Below are positions 58,558 to 64,000 of a stretch of DNA of 64,000 nt, piece by piece. Source of the DNA: an uncultured Gemmatimonadales bacterium (lineage in GTDB: Bacteria > Gemmatimonadota > Gemmatimonadetes > Gemmatimonadales > GWC2-71-9); assembly GCA_963748815.1 (NCBI GenBank), contig CAVVKJ010000009.1, positions 64,001 through 128,000 on the forward strand. Direction: 5' to 3'. The position numbers and the translations under genes are program-made. The notes below the pieces were generated by a model. That model saw only the letters and a list, made by a program, of their open reading frames with translations, had not been told where the DNA came from and did not search any database. Numbering within the stretch: the stretch's first letter is position 1; each line of letters starts with the position of its first letter.

Positions 58558-59148
58558 ATGCTCACCAACGACTCCTATGAACTGCTCCGCCGGCTGGCCT
58601 CCCCCCTCGTAGCGGTCACCTCCGCCCACGGAGGCCGGACCAACGGCATGATCCTCGACAGCGCCATCCGGGCGAGCATCTCCCCCGAACACCCCCGCCT
58701 GTCGGTCTACATCCACAAATGGCACCTGAGCCACGACCTGGTCTGGGCCAGCGGCCGCTTCGGCGCCCACCTGCTCACCCAGGACCAGCTCGAGCTGGTC
58801 CACCATCTGGGCTTCAGGAGCGGTCGGCAGGACGCGGACAAGCTCGCCTCGGTGCCCCATCACATCGGCGAGAGCGGCGTCCCCGTGCTCGAGGAGTGCC
58901 ACGCCGCCTTCGAATGCCGGGTCATCAACACGATGGACGCCGGTCCCTCGACGCTCTTCCTCGGCGAGGTCGTGGCCACCCACGGCGGCGCCACGGGGCC
59001 CCTGCTGACGGCGGACTATTTCCGGGCGAACCTGCCGGCGAAGTGGCGGGAGGAGTTCCTCAAAAACTACCGCGAGGCCCAGGAACGAATCCGGGACCTC
59101 GCGGCGGTGCAGGACGTGCGGCGGTGGGGCGGGCCTACAGCGCCTTGA
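58558..59148 (+). CDS. flavin reductase-like FMN-binding protein
   Basis: LVAVTS...NGM, LGFRSGR..DK, GVPVL...FECRV and TLFLGEV. Confidence 0.85.
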   Translation: MLTNDSYELLRRLASPLVAVTSAHGGRTNGMILDSAIRASISPEHPRLSVYIHKWHLSHDLVWASGRFGAHLLTQDQLELVHHLGFRSGRQDADKLASVPHHIGESGVPVLEECHAAFECRVINTMDAGPSTLFLGEVVATHGGATGPLLTADYFRANLPAKWREEFLKNYREAQERIRDLAAVQDVRRWGGPTAP

Positions 59149-60523
59149 TCTCCGTGATCAGGCTGGTCAGCGACTTCTTGGCGTCGCCGAAGAGCATGGC
59201 GTTCTTCGGGTTGTAGAACAGTTCGTTCTCGATACCGGCAAATCCGGCGCTCATCCCCCGCTTCATGACGATGATGCTCTTCGCGTGGTCGGCGTTGAGG
59301 ATCGGCATCCCGTAGATGGGGCTCGACGGGTCGGACCGCGCCGCCGGGTTGACGACGTCGTTGGCGCCGATGACCAGCGCCACGTCGGCCCGCTGGAAGT
59401 CGTCGTTGATCTGGTCCATTTCGCAGAGCTTCTCGTAGGGCACGTTCGCCTCCGCCAGGAGGACGTTCATGTGCCCCGGCATCCGCCCCGCCACGGGGTG
59501 GATCGCGTACTTGACCTCCCCGCCCCGCCGCTCGATCAGGTCGGCCAGCTCGCGCACCGCGTGCTGCGCCTGCGCCACCGCGAGCCCGTACCCCGGCACC
59601 ACGATCACGAACTGTGCGTAGCCGAGTTGCACCGCGGCATCCTCGACCGTCACCTGGCGGACCGTGAGCCCTGCGGAGCTCTTGCCGCCGCCGGATGCCT
59701 CGCCGCCGAAGGCGCCGAAGAGCACGTTGGTGAGCGAGCGGTTCATCGCCTTGCACATGATCTGGCTCAGGATGATCCCCGACGACCCGACCAGCGCGCC
59801 CGCGATGATGAGCAGGTTGTTGTGGATGACGAAGCCGGTCATCGCCGCGGCGATGCCGGAGTAGGAGTTCAGCAGGGAAATGACCACCGGCATGTCGGCG
59901 CCGCCGATGGGAATCACCAGGAGCACGCCGAGGATGAGCGCCAGCGCGATGACCGCGTAGAAGGGCCAGAGCACCTGTTCCGGCACGATCAGCTGGTAGG
60001 CCGCGAGCCCGACGATGGCGGCGAAGAGCGTCCCGTTGACCACCTTCTGCAGCGGAAAGGTGATCGGCTTGCCGGTCATGACCTCCTGGAGCTTGGCCCA
60101 GGCGATCAGGCTGCCCGACAGCGTCACCGACCCGATCAGGAGGCTGAGCTGGGTCGTGATGCCGATGTCGATCGTCGGGGTGACGCCGGCCAGCTCCGCC
60201 TTCAGGAACTCCGCGCCGCCCACGAGGAGCGAGGCGCCGCCGCCAAAGCCGTTGAGGAGCGCGACCATCTGCGGCATCGACGTCATCTTCACCGCGCGCG
60301 CCATCCAGAGCCCGGCCGCGGAGCCGATGAACATGCCGACCAGGATTTCCTGGTAGGTCAGGATGCCGTGGTCGAAGAGCGTCACCGCGATGGCGATCAG
60401 CATGCCGACGCCCGACATCCGGTTGCCCTGCCGGGCCGTGAGCGGGCTGCCCAGGCGCTTCAGGCCCAGGACGAAGAGGACGGCGGCCACCAGGTAGAGG
60501 AGTTGTTCGAGCGCGACGGGCAT
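59135..60523 (-). CDS. pntB: NAD(P) transhydrogenase subunit beta
   Basis: IGGADMPVVISLLNSYSG, IHPVAGRMPGHMNVLLAEA and GANDVVNP. Confidence 0.96.
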   Translation of the reverse strand: MPVALEQLLYLVAAVLFVLGLKRLGSPLTARQGNRMSGVGMLIAIAVTLFDHGILTYQEILVGMFIGSAAGLWMARAVKMTSMPQMVALLNGFGGGASLLVGGAEFLKAELAGVTPTIDIGITTQLSLLIGSVTLSGSLIAWAKLQEVMTGKPITFPLQKVVNGTLFAAIVGLAAYQLIVPEQVLWPFYAVIALALILGVLLVIPIGGADMPVVISLLNSYSGIAAAMTGFVIHNNLLIIAGALVGSSGIILSQIMCKAMNRSLTNVLFGAFGGEASGGGKSSAGLTVRQVTVEDAAVQLGYAQFVIVVPGYGLAVAQAQHAVRELADLIERRGGEVKYAIHPVAGRMPGHMNVLLAEANVPYEKLCEMDQINDDFQRADVALVIGANDVVNPAARSDPSSPIYGMPILNADHAKSIIVMKRGMSAGFAGIENELFYNPKNAMLFGDAKKSLTSLITEIKAL

Positions 60524-60813
60524 TACTTGGCCTCCGGCTTCTTCGTGAACATCTCCAGCATCCGGTCGGTCACCGCGTAGCCGCCCACCACGTTCATCAT
60601 GGCGAAGACCACGGCGCTGACCCCGAAGACCCACGAGATCCACCCGTAGCCGCCGCCGGCCACCACCAGCGCGCCGACGATGGTGATGCCGCTGATCGCG
60701 TTGGCGCCGGACATCAGCGGGGTGTGGAGCGTCGTGGGGACGCGATTGATCAGCTCGACGCCGAGAAAGGTGGCGAGCACGAAGAGCGTGATGCTCAGGA
60801 CGAGGGCTTCCAT
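60523..60813 (-). CDS. pntA2: NAD(P) transhydrogenase subunit alpha part 2
   Basis: LHTPLMSGANAISG and NVVGGYAVTDRML. Confidence 0.95.
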   Translation of the reverse strand: MEALVLSITLFVLATFLGVELINRVPTTLHTPLMSGANAISGITIVGALVVAGGGYGWISWVFGVSAVVFAMMNVVGGYAVTDRMLEMFTKKPEAK

Positions 60814-60815
60814 GA

Positions 60816-61925
60816 TCAGGCCGCCTTGCCGGTGCGGAGTTCGCCCGCGTGCGTGACGCACATCGGGCCGGTGATCGGGTCGGAGAGGTCCACCTGCAGG
60901 GCCCCGTCCTTGAGGAGGTGGGTCACGAAGGTGAGCACGTTGCGACCGTACATCTGGCTGGCGTGGAGCGGTACGCCGGCGGGGAGGTTGACCGGGGACA
61001 GAATGGTCACCCCGTTCACCGTCACCGTCTCGCCGAACTTTGTCAGCTCGCAGTTGCCGCCGGACTCCCCCGCCAGGTCCACGATGACCGAGCCGGGCTT
61101 CATGGCGCGCACCGCCTCCGCCGTGATGAGCCGCGGCGCGGGCCGGCCCGGAATCTGTGCCGTGGTCACGATCAGGTCCTGGCTCTTGGCGTGCTCGCCG
61201 ATGCCCGCGACCACCCGGGCCTGCTGCTCCTCGGCCAGTTCCTTGGCATAGCCGCCCTGCCCCTCGCCCTCGACGGCGGCCACTTCCACGAAGGCGGCGC
61301 CCAGGCTCTGGACCTGCTCGCGCACCACCGAGCGCACGTCGAACGCGGAGACGATGCCGCCAAGGCGCCGCGCCGTGGCGATCGCCTGGAGGCCGGCGAC
61401 GCCGGCGCCGACCACGAACACCTTGGCCGGGGCGAGCGTTCCGGCGGCGGTGGTCAGCATCGGCAGAATGCGGCCCATGGCGTCGGCGCCGATCAGCACT
61501 GCCTTGTACCCGGCGATCGTCGCCTGCGAGGAGAGCGCGTCCATCGACTGCGCCTTGGTGGTGCGGGGCACCAGTTCCATGGCGAAGGCGGTCACCTTCC
61601 GGCCTGCCAGCGCCGCGAGGAGATCGCCCGAGGCCGAGGGCGCGAGGAAGCTGACCAGCGCCGCCCCCTCGCGGAGCTGGCCGGCTTCTTCGGCGGTCGG
61701 GCGCTGCACCTTGAGCACGAGGTCGGCGCCCAGCGCGTCGGCCGCGGTCCCGACCAGGGTGGCGCCGGCCGCCTCGTACTCGGCGTCGGGCACGTAGGCG
61801 GCGGCGCCGGCGCCGCGCTGCACCAGGACCTCGCAGCCGGCCTTCTTCAGCTTGGCCACGCCGTCGGGCACCAGCGCCACGCGCCGTTCGTCGGGGCGAG
61901 TTTCCGCAGGGACTCCAATGCGCAT
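60816..61925 (-). CDS. pntA1: NAD(P) transhydrogenase subunit alpha part 1
   Basis: ERRVAL, AQSMDALSSQ, GAGVAGLQA and GGYAKE. Confidence 0.95.
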   Translation of the reverse strand: MRIGVPAETRPDERRVALVPDGVAKLKKAGCEVLVQRGAGAAAYVPDAEYEAAGATLVGTAADALGADLVLKVQRPTAEEAGQLREGAALVSFLAPSASGDLLAALAGRKVTAFAMELVPRTTKAQSMDALSSQATIAGYKAVLIGADAMGRILPMLTTAAGTLAPAKVFVVGAGVAGLQAIATARRLGGIVSAFDVRSVVREQVQSLGAAFVEVAAVEGEGQGGYAKELAEEQQARVVAGIGEHAKSQDLIVTTAQIPGRPAPRLITAEAVRAMKPGSVIVDLAGESGGNCELTKFGETVTVNGVTILSPVNLPAGVPLHASQMYGRNVLTFVTHLLKDGALQVDLSDPITGPMCVTHAGELRTGKAA

Positions 61926-61966
61926 GTCGTGTCTTCCAGGGTGGATGGTGGCGGGGAATCTAATCG

Positions 61967-62524
61967 TCAGTGGGCCGCGGTGAGCGAATCGACCGCGGCG
62001 CCGAGGGCGGTGTAGGCGGTGGGGTCCACTTCCCGAAAGGGGATCGCCCGGTATCCGATGGTGCCGTCCGGCGCCACGACGAAGAGGTTCCGGTTGTTGA
62101 GCCCGGTCACGCTGTGCGCCCCGTACGCTTTGCCGACCGCGCCGTCGGGGTCGCTGAGGAAGACGAACGGATAGTCCGCCTCCTTCGCCCAGGCCGCCAG
62201 CGTCTCGGGGGGATCGGTACTGATGGCCAGCAGGACCACGTCCTTGCCGCCGTTGAACACCGTCGCGTACTGATCACGGTACGCGTTCATCTGGATGGTT
62301 CAGCCCTTGGTCTTCGCCTTGTAGAAGAAGGCGATGACCACCGTCTTGTCGCGCAAGTCGGCCAGCTGGACCTTGGCGGGAAGGATGCCGTCCCGCGTGG
62401 CGCCGGTGAGCGCGAACGGCGGGGCGACGGCGCCGACGGCCAGCGGTTCCTGGGACGCGCCGGTGCAGGCGATCCCGACGACGAGCGCGGCGCCGACCGC
62501 GATCCCACGGGGAGAATGCATCAC
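61967..62524 (-). CDS. AhpC/TSA (BCP-like) redoxin with in-frame UGA at the active site, probable selenoprotein
   Basis: ORFs 62300..62524 and 61967..62290 are in one frame: VIAFFYKAKTKG-U-TIQM...AISTD...FLSDPDG. Confidence 0.85.
62264..62285 (-). promoter_or_regulatory. candidate bacterial SECIS hairpin
   Basis: CGCGUAC-CGUGAUCA-GUACGCG begins 14 nt after the UGA; G is the second loop base and is followed by U. Confidence 0.65.
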
Positions 62525-62641
62525 GCCAACCTCGAGGAGAGAGTCACTGGAATGTACATCGGCCTGCGCGATCCGGGCCCCCCGGCGGTCGGTCCGCGTC
62601 CGCCCCGACCGGTTTCTCGAGGGAAAACCCGCCGATTCCTA

Positions 62642-62670
62642 TTGTTGACAGAGGGAAAACTTGCTACATT
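62642..62670 (+). promoter_or_regulatory. candidate sigma-70 promoter of the SWIB gene
   Basis: TTGTTG or TTGACA followed by extended -10 TGcTACATT. Confidence 0.45.
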
Positions 62671-62737
62671 GGAATCGCAGTCCTACGGTGTCCCCTGCGG
62701 CACACGTGGAGTTTACCCTCGTAAATGGAGACTCGCG

Positions 62738-63131
62738 ATGGCAACCAAGAAGAAGAAGGCAGCGAAGAAGCCGGCGAAGAAGGCCGCCAAGAAGGCGGTC
62801 AAGAAGTCCGCCAAGAAGAAGACCGTCAAGAAGGCCGCCAAGAAGAAGGCCCCGAAGAAGAAAAAGACGGCCTCCAAGCGTAAGCCGTCGGCGGCGTTCA
62901 TGAAGCCGATGAAGATTTCCCCCGCGCTCGCGGCGGTCATCGGCGCCGGTCCGTATCCGCGCACCGAAGTCACCAAGCGGCTCTGGGCGTACATCAAGAA
63001 GAACAAGCTCCAGGACAGCCAAGAACAAGCGCGACATCAACGCCGATGCCAACCTCAAGGCGGTCTTCGGTGGACGCGGCAAGGTCAACATGTTCGAGAT
63101 GACCAAGCTCGTCAGCAAGCACCTTTCGTAG
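62738..63131 (+). CDS. SWIB/MDM2-domain protein with Lys/Ala-rich H1-like N-terminus (one extra C near 63020)
   Basis: MATKKKKAAKKPAKK... then AFMKPM..SPALAAVIG..RTEVTKRLWAYIKKNKLQD...MFEMTKLVSKHL; absent from the ORF track. Confidence 0.88.
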
Positions 63132-63160
63132 TTCCCGATATCCCCCGCAGGGACCGGACG

Positions 63161-63194
63161 AAGGGCACGCCCGCTGGCGTGCCCTTTCGGTTTC
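63161..63194 (+). terminator. intrinsic terminator
   Basis: aagggcacgcc-cgct-ggcgtgccctt followed by tcggtttc. Confidence 0.7.
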
Positions 63195-63239
63195 CTCCCC
63201 CTTCCAGCACCCGCGGGCGCCCGCTATACTCCCGCCCCT

Positions 63240-64000
63240 ATGGCAAATCCACAGTACATCTACACGATGGTCAACCTCGGCAAGGTCGTCCCCCCCAAGC
63301 GGGAAGTCCTGAAGGGGATCTACCTCTCGTTCTTCCCCGGCGCCAAGATCGGCGTCCTCGGCTCCAACGGCGCGGGCAAGAGTTCATTGCTGCGGATCAT
63401 GGCGGGGGTGGACCAGGATTTCATCGGCGAGGCGCGCGCCGCCGAAGGCACCCGCATCGGGTTCCTGCCGCAGGAGCCGGTGCTCGATCCCGACAAGGAC
63501 GTCCGGGGCAACGTGGAGGAGGCGGTGCGCGCGCAGCGCGCCCTCCTCACGGAGTTCGAGGCGGTCTCCGCCCGCTTCGCGGAACCGATGACCGACGACG
63601 AGATGACGAAGCTCCTCGAACACCAGGGCAACCTGCAGGAGCGGATCGAGGCCCAGAACCTCTGGGATCTCGACCGCACCATCGACATCGCGATGGACGC
63701 GTTGCGGCTGCCCCCCGGCGACGCATCGGTGGCGACGCTCTCCGGCGGCGAGAAGCGCCGGGTCGCCCTCTGCCGCGTCCTCCTCGAGCAGCCCGACATG
63801 CTCCTGCTCGACGAGCCGACCAACCACCTCGACGCCGAGTCGGTCGCGTGGCTCGAGCGGCACCTCGCGGAGTTCCCCGGCACCGTGGTGGCGGTCACCC
63901 ACGACCGGTACTTCCTCGACAACGTCGCGGGCTGGATCCTCGAGCTGGACCGGGGCCAGGGCATCCCGTGGAAGGGCAACTACTCCTCCTGGCTCGAGCA
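63240..64000 (+). CDS. ettA: ABC-F energy-dependent translational throttle protein (partial, runs off the window)
   Basis: QYIYTM...[47 protein letters not shown] and [11 protein letters not shown]. Confidence 0.95.
   Translation, partial: MANPQYIYTMVNLGKVVPPKREVLKGIYLSFFPGAKIGVLGSNGAGKSSLLRIMAGVDQDFIGEARAAEGTRIGFLPQEPVLDPDKDVRGNVEEAVRAQRALLTEFEAVSARFAEPMTDDEMTKLLEHQGNLQERIEAQNLWDLDRTIDIAMDALRLPPGDASVATLSGGEKRRVALCRVLLEQPDMLLLDEPTNHLDAESVAWLERHLAEFPGTVVAVTHDRYFLDNVAGWILELDRGQGIPWKGNYSSWLE

Overview
This is a GC-rich bacterial chromosome segment in genetic code 11; the gene content is suggestive of Gemmatimonadota, which is inference only. Most of it is housekeeping: trmJ-like methylase, ferritin, modBC, dinB, an acyl-CoA dehydrogenase, queF/queC/queE, gltA, speA, several peptidases, cspA, infA, an Fe3+-type ABC transporter, acnA, a sigma-70 factor, pntA1/A2/B, a SWIB protein and ettA. 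Two accessory islands interrupt it. The first (about 10.1-16.7 kb) holds a membrane-anchored SARP/BTAD-ATPase-TPR regulator divergent from an Ig-repeat lipoprotein. The second (about 24.7-32.2 kb) is an Rhs polymorphic toxin locus. It contains a signal-peptide Rhs protein whose start is joined to its body across a G17 tract, an HExxH C-terminal toxin with a signal-peptide immunity candidate, and a start-less orphan cassette carrying a second homologous toxin/immunity pair. Several signals are hidden from the ORF track: a UGA-recoded (probably selenocysteine) peroxiredoxin-like protein with a SECIS-like hairpin, an apparent AUC start for speA, repeated leaderless-type -10 boxes, a perfect CRP-type box, a MITE-like element, a REP doublet and GGGGAAGC repeats. 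At least seven single-base indels in ordinary genes point to uncorrected read errors, so every frameshift-based claim needs checking against raw reads. I found no CRISPR array, rRNA, tRNA, integrase, transposase or reverse transcriptase.
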